Shown here: positions 12,901-25,863 of the stretch, piece by piece
Layout: each line of letters starts with the position of its first letter
How positions within the stretch are numbered: the first letter of the stretch is position 1
Assembly: GCA_002269645.1 (NCBI GenBank)
Contig: NIVC01002590.1
Span: forward strand, 95,416 to 159,415
Origin: Macrostomum lignano
Taxonomy: Eukaryota
Length of the DNA stretch: 64,000 nucleotides
Direction: 5' to 3'
Program-made: the position numbers and the translations under genes
The notes under the pieces: generated by a model
The model's database searches: none
What the model was told of the DNA's origin: nothing
The model's input: only the letters and a program-made list of their open reading frames with translations

Positions 12901-13515
12901 AGGCTGACACAACCTGACACTCACAGGCTGACACAGCCTGACACTCACTGGCTGACACAGCCTGACACTCACAGGCTGACACAGGCTGACACAACCTGAC
13001 ACTCACAGGCTGACACAGGCTGACACTCACAGGATGACACAGTCTGACACTCACAGGCTGACACAGGCTGACACTCACAGGCTGACACAACCTGACACTC
13101 ACAGCCTGACACAGCCTGACACTCACAGCCTGACACAACCTGACACTCACAGGCTGACACAGCCTGACACTCACAGCCTGACACAACCTGACACTCACAG
13201 GCTGACACAGCCTGATACAACCTGATACTCACAGGCTGACACAGCCTGACACTCACAGCCTGACACAACCTGACACTCACAGGCTGACACAGCCTGACAC
13301 AACCTGATACTCACAGGCTGACACAGCCTGACACTCACAGCCTTACACAACCTGACACTCACAGGCTGACACAGCCTGACACCCACAGGCTGACACAACC
13401 TGACACAGCCAGACACTCACTATGACAATTCAGCACAACCACAGCACTCACCGCCGCAGATGACCCAGGCCCAGCCCCTGTCAACAGGCGATGCAGCTGG
13501 CTTGGCAAGTGCCAT
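9904..13515 (-). CDS. Monocarboxylate transporter (SLC16/MCT family, MFS), 4 exons
   Basis: Phase-consistent exons 13515-13452, 12387-12244, 12161-10575, 10058-9904. N-terminal PVDRGWAWVI is the MCT DGGWGW motif. Also YFLQRRTVAMGI..G, about 12 hydrophobic segments, and terminal LFDRTGSW. Confidence 0.9.
10305..10560. repeat. (CCATC)n microsatellite in MCT intron 3
   Basis: Degenerate pentamer run. Confidence 0.9.
11476..11722 (-). repeat. Coding 12-bp repeat encoding (EKNA)n in MCT central loop
   Basis: About 20 copies of TTCTCCGCATTC on +, in frame within exon 3. Confidence 0.95.
12430..13420. repeat. CTGACACA/CTGACACTCA minisatellite in MCT intron 1
   Basis: About 1 kb array with the same core as 3735-3995. 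Confidence 0.95.
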
Positions 13516-14397
13516 CAAAGATGGCCTCCAAAACAGAAAAAACCTAATGAAGATCTACTGCAATGGAAAACTCGTATTTCGGTGAAGTCTTTCGGAAAGT
13601 AGTTTAAAACCTGGCAGTTCTGAGGTTTGTCACCACCGACGGACCCGGCTCGAGTTTACAATGATCAAAATCGGCGATAACAGAAAGAAATAAATGAAAT
13701 TCTAAACAGACAAATGAAGCGCTACTGAAAAAGCGAGATGGCATCTTATAAAAAGCAAGATTGGCCAGTTTTTTCTCCATCCGAAGCTCCATTGGCTGCA
13801 GTGCGCTGACCTGATGCCATTCCCTTACCCCGAGCAGCGCTGTACGCGGAGCCATGGACGCCATAAGGTAGACATCTGGACACAGGTCTAGCCCAATGGA
13901 ATTTCCCCAATCGATTGAAACGCAAAAACACAAACTGCCTTCCATTCCAGACTCTCTCTCTCTCTGTCTAGGAGTCCCTGGCAGAGCGCTGATGCTGCGG
14001 CATCTGCCCCTCACCGTCCGCCCAAGTGCACACTGCTAGGGGTACACTGAGACGTACAGGGAGGGAGCAAGGACTCAATAGCTACGCACTGCCCTGTCCT
14101 GTGACATCCATCTGTACTCGCCTGTACCGCGGCTACATGAGTACACTTTCCTCAGCGCCTCTCATTGCCTCTCATTGAAACCCTGAGATCTGGAATGGAA
14201 CCCGGCTATTTTTAGGAATAAAACCGACTAAGAACTGGGCCATGCTTTTGTTGGCATCAGGATCGTAGTTTGTCTGCGTCCCTGGGTGTATTAAGGGCCC
14301 GCGTTCACGCCAACAGGCAGTTAGAGTTGTCAATCAAGAAACAACACTGATTTCAAGCTGTGGTTTCATCAGGATTGCCTATAGCACTAATGCGTAA

Positions 14398-16150
14398 TGA
14401 GCTGGGATCTGTAACCTGGGATCTCGGATCTGTGTTCCGGGATCTGGGATCTGGGATCTGGGATCTAGCATATGGAATTTATGACCTATGCTCTGGGATG
14501 TAGAATCTGGGATTTGGGATTTGGGATCTAGGATTTTGGATTCGGGATCTAAGATGTGGAATATTGGATCAATGTTTTGGGATCTTGGGCGTGGGATTAG
14601 GATCTAATTTAGGCTGCCTGTTTTCTGGAGTCTTCATCCGGGATATGAAATCTGGGATCTGAGATCTGGGATCTGGGATCTGGGATCCGGAATCTGGGAT
14701 CTGGGATCTGGGATCTGGGTTCTGGGATCTGGGATCTGGGATCTGGGATCTGGGATCTGGGATCTGGGATCCGAGATCCATGATCTGAGATCTATGATCT
14801 GGGATCTATGATCTGGGATCTATGATCTGGGATCTATGATCTGGGATCTATGATCTGGGATCTATGATCTGGGATCTATGATCTGGGATCTATGATCTGG
14901 GATCTATGATCTGGGATCTATGATCTGGGATCTATGATCTGGGATCTATGATCTGGGATCTATGATCTGGGATCTATGATCTGGGATCTATGATCTGGGA
15001 TCTATGATCTGGGATCTATGATCTGGGATCTATGATCTGGGATCTATGATCTGGGATCTATGATCTGGGATCTATGATCTGGGATCTATGATCTGGGATC
15101 TATGATCTGGGATCTATGATCTGGGATCTATGATCTGGGATCTATGATCTGGGATCTATGATCTGGGATCTATGATCTGGGATCTATGATCTGGGATCTA
15201 TGATCTGGGATCTATGATCTGGGATCTATGATCTGGGATCTATGATCTGGGATCTATGATCTGGGATCTATGATCTGGGATCTATGATCTGGGATCTATG
15301 ATCTGGGATCTATGATCTGGGATCTATGATCTGGGATCTATGATCTGGGATCTATGATCTGGGATCTATGATCTGGGATCTATGATCTGGGATCTATGAT
15401 CTGGGATCTATGATCTGGGATCTATGATCTGGGATCTATGATCTGGGATCTATGATCTGGGATCTATGATCCGAGATCCATGATCTGAGATCTATGATCT
15501 GGGATCTATGATCTGGGATCTGGGATCTGGGATCCGGGATATGGGATCCGGTATCTGGGATCTGGGATCTAGGATCTGGGATTTGGCATCTGGGGTTTGG
15601 GATTTGGGATTTGGGATTAAGGATCTTGGATATGCGATTCATTATCTGAAATCTGGGATTCAGAAGTTAAAATCTCGCATCTATGATTTGGGATTTAGGA
15701 TTTGGAACCTGAGATGTGGAATAATGGATCAATGTAATGTTTTGGGATCTTGGGCGTGGGATTTCGGATTTCGGATCTGATTTGGCTGTCTGTTTTCTGG
15801 AGTCTTCATCCGAGATCTGTGATCTTGGATTTGGGATTTGAGATATGGGATTTCTAATCTGAAATTAGGGATTTGGAAGTTGAGATCTTGGATCAGTGAT
15901 TTGGAATTCGGGATTTTGGATCTCGAATCTGGGATGTGGAACATTAGAACCCATGTTCCGAGATCTTTGAGGCGGGATTTGGGATCTATGATCTGTTTTA
16001 GGCCGTCCGTTTTCTAGAATTTTTTATCTGGGATTTAGGATCTGGGATCTTGGGATCTCTCTGGAATCTGCATTCTAAAATATGGCTCTAGAATCTGTCT
16101 TCGAGGATAAAGAATTTGTGGGATTTGGGATCTGAGGAATATAATCTTAG
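14398..16150 (+). repeat. GGGATCT heptamer satellite with a homogeneous 14-bp core (GATCTGGGATCTAT)n at about 14790-15470
   Basis: Tandem 7/14-bp units with degenerate flanks. A unique block at about 14565-14650 is repeated at about 15725-15815. Confidence 0.95.
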
Positions 16151-16444
16151 AACCTGGGACCTGGGATTTAGAGCCAGGAATTTTGAGCAACGAGTATGTA
16201 GAAAGAAAAATTCGAAGACTACTACTCAACGGAATAAGTACTATATGTAGCGCTTTTATCGCATTTTATCACATTTTGGGCACAAATTTGTAGCTCAAAT
16301 TATTCTGGCTGCGCAGTGTTTTACTCAATAAGAAACACTAATACGCAAAATACAACTAAAGCAGGAAGCGGCTATTGTTCGTAGAGATGCGAGCGTTAAA
16401 GCGATGAGAGAAATGCCTGATCCCAATGTGTCAGCTACTCCAAT

Positions 16445-16990
16445 CCCGATCCCAGATTCCAGATTCCAGATCCTAGATTCCAGATCCTAGATTACAGATC
16501 CCAAATCCCAAATCCCAGATCCCAGACTCTAGATTCTAGATCATAGTAGCATTTCAGATCCCAGATCTCAGACTCTAGATTCCAGATCATAGCATTCCAG
16601 ATTCCAGATCCCAGACTCTACATCCTAGATCATAGCATCCCAAATCCCAGATCCCAGATTCCAGATCCCAGATCCCAGATCCCAGATCCCAGATCCCAGA
16701 TCCAAGATCCCAGATCCAAGATCCCAGATCCAAGATCCCAGATCCAAGATCCCAGATCCAAGATCCCAGATCCAAGATCCCAGATCCAAGATCCCAGATC
16801 CAAGATCCCAGATCCAAGATCCCAGATCCAAGATCCCAGATCCAAGATCCCAGATCCAAGATCCTAGATCCAAGATCCCAGATCCAAGATCCCAGATCCA
16901 AGATCCCAGATCCTAGATCATAGAATTTCAGATCCCAGATCCCAAATCCTAGTTCTTACTATTTCAAATCTAAAGTCCCAGATCCCAGAT
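16445..16990 (-). repeat. Same GGGATCT satellite in the opposite orientation (CCCAGAT / CCCAGATCCAAGAT)
   Basis: Reverse complement of the 14.4-16.1 kb array unit. Confidence 0.9.
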
Positions 16991-17125
16991 GACAACCAAT
17001 AGAAAGCAAGCGGTTGTACACGATGGTACGAGTTGCATTACGGTATATTACGAGCTAAAATCATTCGAGCGAAATAACCAGGCCAGTTGAGCAGCGGTTC
17101 TGCAGTCAGTCGGTGAGTCATTCAG

Positions 17126-20100
17126 TCAGTTGTCAGTGCTGGATCTTCTGGGCGTGGAGAATTTCAGACGAAAAGAGAGTTTTTTATCCTTGCAGCTGAG
17201 AATCTGCTTCCAAGCCTCCCTGAGATCCTCGCGCTCGGAGTCCGCTCCCAGGTGGATGACCCCAACGGTCTTCTGGAAGTAGTGCTGCACGCTGCCGACG
17301 CTGCCTCGCCGAAGATTCGCCATGCGGGCCGTGGGCTCCTGCTTGAGCAGCAGCTTCAGGCTGGCGCTCTCCAGACTGCTGGATTGCAGGCTGATGCGCA
17401 TCTTGTGGTTGAACACCGGATTGTAGGAGTTTGTCACCGCGGCCGTGCGGTCCGACAGCACGACGTTGTGGCCGCGCAGCAGCATCAGCTTCATGTACAG
17501 GCAGGGGGTGGTGGCCGATACCGGGATGGCCGCGTTGTTCACCTGCGGTCAGTTGATGAGAAATGCTTGTTTGGGATGCGGGACTGATGACTGTCTGTCC
17601 ATTAAGGTTTGCAACTCATGAGCTGCCTCAGGGGAGGGGAGGACAGGAGCTCAGAGGAGGGGAGGACAGGAGCTCAGGGGAGGGAGGACAGGAACTCAGA
17701 GGAGGGGAGGACAGGAACTCAGAGGAGGGAGGACAGGAGCTCAGAGGAGGGGAGGACAGGAGCTCAGGGGAAGGAAAGGACAGGAACTCAGAGGATGGAA
17801 AGACAAGAACTCAAAGGAGGGGAGGACAGGAACCCAGAGGAGGGAGGACAGGAGCTCAGAGGAGGGGAGGACAGGAGCTCAAAGAAGGGTAGGACAGGAG
17901 CTCAGAGGAGGGGAGGACAGGATCTCAGAGGAGGGGAGGACAGGAACTCAGAGGATGGAAAGACAAGAACTCAGGGGAGGGGAGGACAGGAACTTAGAGG
18001 AGGGGAGGACAGGAGCTCAGAGAAGGGGAGGACAGGAACTCAGAGGAGGGAGGACAGGAGCTCAGAGGAGGGGAGGACAGGAACTCAGAGGAGGGAGGAC
18101 AGGAGCTCAGAGGAGGGGAGGACAGGAACTCAGAGGAGGGAGGACAGGAACTTAGAGGAGGGGAGGACAGGAGCTCAGAGGAGGGGAGGACAGGAACTCA
18201 GAGGAGGGAGGACAGGAACTCAGGGGAGGGGAGGACAGGAACTCAGAGGAGGGGAGGACAGGAACTCAGAGGAGGGAGGACAGGAACTCAGAGGAGGGGT
18301 GGACAGGAACTCAGAGGAGGGGAGGACAAGAACTCAGAGGAGGGGAGGACAGGAGCTCAGAGGAGGGGAGGACAGGAGCTCAGAGGAGGGGAGGACAGGA
18401 GCTCAGAGGAGGGAGGACAGGAGCTCAGAGGAGGGAGGACAGGAGCTCAGAGGAGGGGAGGACAGGAGCTCAGAGGAGGGGAGGACAGGAACTCAGAGGA
18501 GGGAGGACAGGAACTTAGAGGAGGGGAGGACAGGAGCTCAGAGGAGGGGAGGACAGGAACTCAGAGGAGGGAGGACAGGAACTCAGGGGAGGGGAGGACA
18601 GGAACTCAGAGGAGGGGAGGACAGGAACTCAGAGGAGGGAGGACAGGAACTCAGAGGAGGGGTGGACAGGAACTCAGAGGAGGGGAGGACAAGAACTCAG
18701 AGGAGGGGAGGACAGGAGCTCAGAGGAGGAGAGGACAGGAGCTCAGAGGAGGGGAGGACAGGAGCTCAGAGGAGGGAGGACAGGAGCTCAGAGGAGGGGA
18801 GGACAGGAGCTCAGAGGAGGGAGGACAGGAGCTCAGAGGAGGGAGGACAGGAACTCAGAGGAGGGGAGGACAGGAGCTCAGAGGAGGGGAGGACAGGAGC
18901 TCAGAGGAGGGAGGACAGGAGCTCAGAGGAGGGAGGACAGGAGCTCAGAGGAGGGGAGGACAGGAGCTCAGAGGAGGGAGGACAGGAGCTCAGAGGAGGG
19001 AGGACAGGAGCTCAGAGGAGGGAGGACAGGAGCTCAGAGGAGGGAGGACAGGAACTCAGAGGAGGGGAGGACAAGAACTCAGAGGAGGGGAGGACAGGAA
19101 CTCAGAGGAGGGGAGGACAGGAACTCAGGGTAGGGAAGGACAGGAGCTCAGAGGAGGGGAGGACAGGAGCTCAGAGGACAAAGACTGCACTGCTCACCCG
19201 CTCAATTTTGACCGTCAGCCGCTTCTTGCGCTGCACCTGCCGCACAGAGAAGACGAGCTCGCCCTGAGACAGCTCGGACTCCTGCCTGTCCAGGTTGAGG
19301 AATTTCCACAGCAGGACTCCTTTCTCCAGCTCCGCCAGGGTCAGGCTGCGCAGCAGGATGACGGCCTCGCCAATCAGCGTGCTGCTGTCCCCGGTGGTCC
19401 GGTCCCACACCTCGATAACGAACGCCTTGTGCTCTTTGAAGTTGTCCTCTAGAAAGTTGCGGATTCGGAATACCTCCTTCCACACTGGGTTGCTGGTCAG
19501 CATTCGGACTTTGGTCTCCAAGCGGGAGCTGGACGAGATCGGCAGGAAGCTGACGGTGGCGAAGGCGCAGATTTCGCTGCCGTTGACTGAGCGAAGATCC
19601 TTGGCCTCGATGATCTTCAGGGTGAGCAGCTGCTCCTCGCGATTGTAATGGAAGCTGAGCAGCACCTTGCCGCGGTTCTCGTCGTCGCCTGTTGAGAGAG
19701 ATTGTGATTAGGGAGATGATGATTAGAGATGATGATTAGAGAGATGATTAGAGATGATGATTAGAGAGATGATTAGAGATGATGATTAGAGAGATGATGA
19801 TTAGAGAGATGATGATTACAGATGATGATTAGAGAGATGATGATTAGAGATGATGACTAGAGATTAAGCTTAGATATGATCATTAGTGAAATAATGATTA
19901 GGGATATGATAATTAGAGATGATGGATAGTGAAATGATAATTAGGGAGACAGGTTATGATCGGAGAGATTACGATCATAGGAAAGACATGATTTTGAGAT
20001 CTAGGATTTTGATAAAAGAGACACTGAGAAAAGAAATGATCATAGAGATGATTGGAGAGAGATGATTGAAGAGGGATGATTGGAGAGAGATGATTGGAGA

Positions 20101-20579
20101 GAGATGATTGGAGAGAGATGATTGGAAAGAGATGATTGGAGAGAGATGATTGGAAAGGGATGATTGGAAAGGGATGATTGGAGAGAGATGATTGGAGAGA
20201 GATGATTGGAGAGAGATGATTGGAGAGAGATGATTGGAAAGGGATGATTGGAGAGTGATCAAAGAGTGGTCAGGTGTCGCAGGAACATGGGGCCCCCGCA
20301 CCCACCCTGATGGCTGAGGTCGCCAGCTTGCTCCAGCTGCTGGATGGTGCTGCCATTGTAGGAGCCGATGGAGCTGGCCATGCTGAGCCGGGAGGCGCTC
20401 AGACTGCCCAGGCTCATCCGGCGCCCTTTGCCGGCGGCGCCGTCCTCGACAGCGGCGCTGTGCCGTTCGAGCTCACGCTGGACGCCGCTGCCGCCCGTGT
20501 TGGAGCGCCGCCGGGACCGCTGCTGATGCGGGAACTGCCCGCCGTTCTGCAGGAAGCCCTTCAAGGAATAGTCGGTCAT
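17126..20579 (-). CDS. Synaptotagmin-like double C2 domain protein, 3 exons identified (5' end uncertain)
   Basis: Phase-consistent exons 20579-20306, 19688-19198, 17542-17126. C2A has RGKVLLSFHY..LTLKIIEAKDL..TSNPVWKEVF..IEVWD..LIGE. C2B has GELVFSV..RLTVKIERV..YMKL..NSYNPVFN. Confidence 0.85.
17625..19175. repeat. 23-24 bp purine-rich minisatellite GGACAGGAGCTCAGAGGAGGGGAG in C2-gene intron 2
   Basis: About 65 tandem copies. The array explains the spurious 552-aa + ORF. Confidence 0.95.
19700..20260. repeat. GATGATTAGAGA / GATGATTGGAGAGA repeats in C2-gene intron 1
   Basis: Two related 12-14 bp tandem blocks. Confidence 0.9.
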
Positions 20580-21519
20580 GGCTTGATGAAGCTGAGCTCT
20601 GTTATTTTGATGCCTCTCGTTTCGCCTGCCGCGTTTATAACTTAAGTTTTCTCAGTGTTATTTTGCTCCATTCTATTGGCTCGGGGTAGAGAGAGAAGCT
20701 TAAAATGGCTGAGATTTATTCGTCAGCTGGGCGGAATGCGCTGGATTCTCAGCCGCCGTCCCTGAGTGCAACAGCTTCAAGTTTATTATTGAGTTGCCTT
20801 TAATTTTGCTCTAGCTAGAGAACAGCCTAGTCAGCCCTACTGAGACCTGCGAATGGAGGCCAGGAGGGGGCACAGGGGTCATGACCCCCTCACAATGGGC
20901 CGATTGCATTTGAGATCCTTCCTGTTGCTCTTTCCCTCCTATAGGCCCAAGTAAATAATTACGCCTAGCTAAATTAATTACACAACATATCGGGTGATCT
21001 TAACTGTCACTCTGGGTTTCTCTGCTTACACATTGCTCACAGTCACTCCACTGGGCTCCCATAATTTTTTGTTTACATCGAATTGAAGCTTTTGAGCTCA
21101 CTGTTTATGCCAAAAATAGCATTAGTTGGGCCTGTGCCTCTGTGTGCAGTGCAGCAATGCAGGGACAGTGAGAACCCACATACACTGTACAGTGCTGCAT
21201 AACAATAGATAACAATTTCCCTCTTTGAATGCGGTACAGACAGTTTATTTAAGTAGTAAAGAGCGCATTGAGTAGCATGATTTTCTCGAATACATGTACT
21301 GTATATTCTCAATTGCTTTCTATTAATTGATAATTACTTCTCAAATATACCGGTTTGTGAGTTCTTATCGGGGCTTCATAGAGACTAAAAGTCTGCTAAA
21401 CTGCAATAAGTATTGAAAATTGTCAATAAGAGACTTGGTGACTGCTGACACAAATATTTGATGCACAGTTAGTCAGTTTGAGGGTAAGGTAGCGTATATT
21501 CACGTGGCTATCATCAATT

Positions 21520-21810
21520 TCCATCAGTTATCCAGTGGTTTCCATCAGTTATCTAACGGTTTCCATCAATTATTATCCTACGACTTCAATCAATTATCCT
21601 ACGACTTCAATCAATTATCCTACGACTTCAATCAATTATCCTACGACTTCAATCAATTATCCTACGACTTCCATCAATTATCCTACGACTTCCATCAATT
21701 ATCCTACGACTTCAATCAATTATCCTACGACTTCAATCAATTATCCTACGACTTCCATGAATTATCCTACGACTTCCATCAATTATCCTACGACTTCCAT
21801 GAATTATCCC
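21520..21810. repeat. 21-bp minisatellite AATTATCCTACGACTTC(A/C)ATC
   Basis: About 12 copies just downstream of the ENaC stop codon. Confidence 0.95.
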
Positions 21811-21850
21811 CCGGTACTATCAATCAGGCTGCACTTTCCGAACCCCTCGT

Positions 21851-24122
21851 CTACTCGCCCAGCCCTCTGCAGCAGCTTCTCATCAGCTGGGACAGCAGGT
21901 CGGCCAGCTCAAACATGGTCAGGATGCTCAACCCCAACCAGAAGCCGCCCTGGCCGCCGCAGTCGCTCAGCAGGTCCTTGAGCTCGTAGCTTGGCGAGTC
22001 CTCAACCCGGTAGACTTTCAGGTGCTCGGCGAAGATGCTAACGCGCAGGAAGTTGCCGCGGGCGAAGTCCAGCAGCATGTTGTCAGCCTTCGCCTTGGCT
22101 ACGTCGTTGGCGTAGCCGCTGGCCGTGGCGAGCTCGATGAGCCGTGGCAGGTAGGACAGCGCCGGGAACTGGCCGTAACTGCTGGTCGCCCTGTACACCC
22201 GCCGGCTGCAGGGAAATTTGCACCTCTCCAAGCAGTCGACCCCGCCAGTCAGCAGCTTCTCGTAGCAGGACTTCTCGGTGACGTTGCCGCGGATCAGAAT
22301 GGCGGAGCGCAGCTCGCAGGGCCGCTTGCTGTTCCGCAGGGAGTTGCTGGCGTAGCTGCAAGACAGGTAGCAGCCGCAGGTGCTCAGGGCCGCCTGCTGC
22401 ATGCAGGTGCGCAGGCAGGCCTGGTGGCTGTAGCCGACCTCAGCCGCTGCCGCCGGACTTTCCGCCCTAACGGCAACGGAGGCGTTCACGTAGGCATTCA
22501 GCTGGCGGTTCTCCTCGTCCGTGTAGATCTTGCAGGTGCCGTAGGGCGGCGGCAGGGTGTCGATTCGGTGGAAGCTGAGCCCGATCTGCGCCGAGCTGCC
22601 GGGGCTCAGGTGGAAGCCGGCGGCCTCGGCAAACGGATAGGTGCGCGGCTCGTGGATCAGGATCCGGAAGCCGGCGTCTCCGTAACCATTGTCAACATAG
22701 TCGGACTGGTTCAGGGCCAGCGTCATCTGCAAGCTGTTGAATGGCCCGTAGCTGGCCATCCTCCAGCTGCCGTTCAGGTTGATGGTGTAGCAGAAGCCGA
22801 AGGCGGCATTGCGGAAGGTGACGAAGTCCTTGGGCGTGCACTGCATGCCCAGGTAGGAGCAGTCGAGCAGAATCTGCTGCAGTCTCACGGAGACGCCGGC
22901 CAGCAGGGAGTCGTTGACCTGGTTGATCCCCATGGCGTAGCTGCCCATCAGGAAGTTTTCCTTGGACGGCACGTTCGAGGTGGTGAGGCGCCACTTCTCT
23001 TCGCAGGTCATGTTGCCCGGCAGGCTGCTGCTGTTGGTGCTGGCGGATCCGGGTGGCGCGGTCGAGAAGATGTAGCCCATGACTTCAGTCAGGGCCTTCA
23101 TGTTGGCCTGTGTGCTGAAGTTCGACAGGCCGTTGATGGGACAGATCGTGACCGCCGGGAACTGCACGCTGGTGACGTCCTCCTCGTAGCGCCTGGTGGC
23201 CACCGGGAACTGCGAGAACTTGATGGCCAGCTGGCTGATCTGCCGGTAGGGTCGAGGGTTCGAATTTCTGATTGAGGTTTCAGTTCCGGTGCTGGTGCTT
23301 CGGCTTTTAGAGACAGTTTTGTGTTTTAGGGCCAGCTTGGATTGGGACTTAAAGTAGCGTTTCGGGTAAGGTTCCTAGTAGTGTTTTGGGTAGGGTTTCG
23401 GGCAGGGCTTCGGGTAGGGTTTCGGTTAGGGTTTTGGGTAGGGTTTCGGGCAGGGCTTCGGGTAGGGTTTCGGTTAGGGTTTTGGGTAGGGTTTCGGGCA
23501 AGGTTTCGGGTAGGGTTTTAGGTAAGGTTTCGGTTAGGGTTTCGGGTAGGGTTCCTAGTAGTGTTTTGGGTAGGGTTTCGGGTAGGGTTCCGGGCAGGGT
23601 TTCTGGTAGGGTTTTGAGTAGGGTTCCTAGTAGGGTTTCGGGTAAGGTTTCGGTAGGATTTCGGGTAGAGTCTCGGGTTAATTCAGTTTCGGTTTCGGTT
23701 AAGGTTTCGGTTTCAAGTAGAGTTTCAGGTAGGCTTTCGGGTAGGCTTTCGGGTAGACTACTAGACTAGTACTAGACTACAAGCGTTTCGAGTAGGGTCT
23801 GGAGTTGATATCCTACCTGGTAGGCAAAGAAGCCGACCGAGCACACCAGCAGGCAGGTCCAGACAATGCGCCTCATCGCCGATGGAGCATCGGCCTCATC
23901 CTCGGTCAGCTTCCCAATCCCGTGCATGCTGGTGGTGCGGGCCCACTGCGTGACGGCGAGCCGCATCTTGGCCGAGCTGGCCGAATAGACGGAGGAGCGG
24001 CCGGGGCTGTCGGTGGACGAAGCGGTGTCGGCGGCGGCGGCCCAGGCCTCCCGCGCCTTGGCCTGCTGGCCCTCGCTCAGGGTGAAGACGGGGCAGTCCG
24101 CCTCACCCGGCAGTGGCTTCAT
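21851..24122 (-). CDS. DEG/ENaC (amiloride-sensitive sodium channel) family subunit, 2 exons
   Basis: Exons 24122-23817 and 23239-21851, phase 0. Motifs: N-terminal TSMHG (HG), TM1 RRIVW, FPAVTICPIN, FGFCYTIN, Cys-rich thumb, and pre-TM2/TM2 LLSDCGGQGGFWLGLSILT with the GxS filter. Confidence 0.92.
23340..23760. repeat. Degenerate 12-bp GGGTAGGGTTTC repeat in ENaC intron
   Basis: Tandem GGGTAGGGTTT(C/T) units. Confidence 0.85.
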
Positions 24123-24714
24123 CTCTTCCGGCTGTTGCGGTTTTAACAATTTTTAACACAAAAGGAAAATTGAAGTTGAAACATGAAACTCCCAGAAATT
24201 TCTTGACCAGCCCGGCATTAAATCCCGCAGCGCTGGACACTCCCCCCAGCCAGGTGGAAAACTTGGAGAGTGTTTGCTCAGCTGGCTGTGCTCCCAAGCT
24301 GCTGGAGCTGACTGGCTGACGGGCTGGCTGGAACCAGAAATTCAAATTGCAAAAAATATATCAATTCCACTGGGCAAACATTGCCTGCGAGAGCCGGGGG
24401 TTTCACCATAGCTGACCAAATCCTCAACTGCTGGTTGTTGGGGCATCAGCGCAAGGAGGAGGAGAGGAGAGGAGAGGAGAGGAGAGGAGAGGGTCCAATG
24501 CTGCCACCAGCTGTCACTTGTCAGAAGTGTGAACACTGAGCCAGCGGAAATGATTGATTAGTATGTAGAATCGGGTTGGTGAATTCATTTATTTAACTTT
24601 TGTTTGTTTTTGCAATTATTGATAATATATGCCAAGTGGCACTTTGCGGATTAGCGAACTCAGTTAGAAAGAGCGCTATTCAATCCACGATTACTCTCGA
24701 TTTTATTATAGAAG

Positions 24715-25140
24715 CTCACTTTTACCATTCACTCCCAAGGTTCACTCACAAGGTTCACTCTCAATTTTCACTCTCCGAAGTTCACTATCAGGGTTTACTC
24801 TCAGGGTCCACTCTCAGGGTTCACAAGGTTCACTCTCAGGTTCACTGCCAAGTTTCACTCTCATGTTTCACTCTCAAATTTCACTCTCAAGTTTCACTCT
24901 TAAGTTTCACTCTTAAGTTTCACTCCCAAAGTTCACTCTCAGGATTTACTCCCAAGGTTTACTATCAGGGTTCACTTCCAAGGTTCAGTCTCAGGGTTCG
25001 CTCTCAGGGTTCGATCTCAGGGTTCACTCTCATGTTTCCCTCTCAGTTTGCACTCCAAAGAGTGAATACACTCCCAAGTTCATTCTCAAGCATCACTCTC
25101 GGAGTTCAGAAAGCGCAAGACAAGTTCACTTTTCAGACTT
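24715..25140. repeat. Degenerate TTCACTCTCAGGG repeat
   Basis: About 13-bp degenerate tandem units between the divergent ENaC and RING genes. Confidence 0.8.
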
Positions 25141-25863
25141 AAAAATTCTATTCAGACTTCCTGATTCTATGCAGACTACTCATTGGCTCAGCGTCAGTAT
25201 GGCGCATGGCAAGAAATATTTTATTTTCAGGACAACAGACGCGTTGGCGCAGAGCCACTCTGCCCCTCTAGTTCTTAGTTAGTTAGTTAAATTTAAATAA
25301 TTTTCATGCTCCTATGGGCTACTATCGAACAGTAGGTTAAAAGAGTATTAATATCGGAATACGGAGTGAACTATCAAAAGTTTTAGCATCTGTGTTTCCA
25401 AAGATACGTATTTTTTTAAGGCCCTTGTTTAACCTATTTTAATAATGCAAATAATAAATTATAGCTATGAAGATAATTCTAGACTCAACAGCTGCACACA
25501 GCGCGCACCTATGTAAGAAATTAAGCCATGAGAACGAGATAAGAAGCCAGTCCATCTTGTACAGGCAGAGCTGCAATATGAAAAAACACTGTACACTGAA
25601 ATCTCTACCCACCACCCAATTTGCTCAGGCGTAGCAACCAAGCTGGACTGCACTGGGACAGACTGGAGTGCTGCGCTGCCATATCGATTGAGAGAGCGAG
25701 ACTGCCGCCGTCCCTTCCTTCCCTCACCGCCAGCCAGCCCCAGCCCCCGCCAGTGCCCTGCAGTACTGTAAATAGGCGTTCTCGCCTTATGCAGTGCACT
25801 CTGCGCTGTTGAGACCGAACTGATAGACAGGCAGACAGGCGAGTTGCCAGGCCAGCTGCTGTC

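Noticed and set aside
17609-19267. 552-aa + strand ORF
   Set aside because: It is a translation of the intronic purine satellite, antisense to the C2 gene.
22022-23275. 417-aa + strand ORF (also 10753-11877, 26855-27319, 36115-36903)
   Set aside because: Antisense shadows of GC-rich real CDSs, with no domain motifs.
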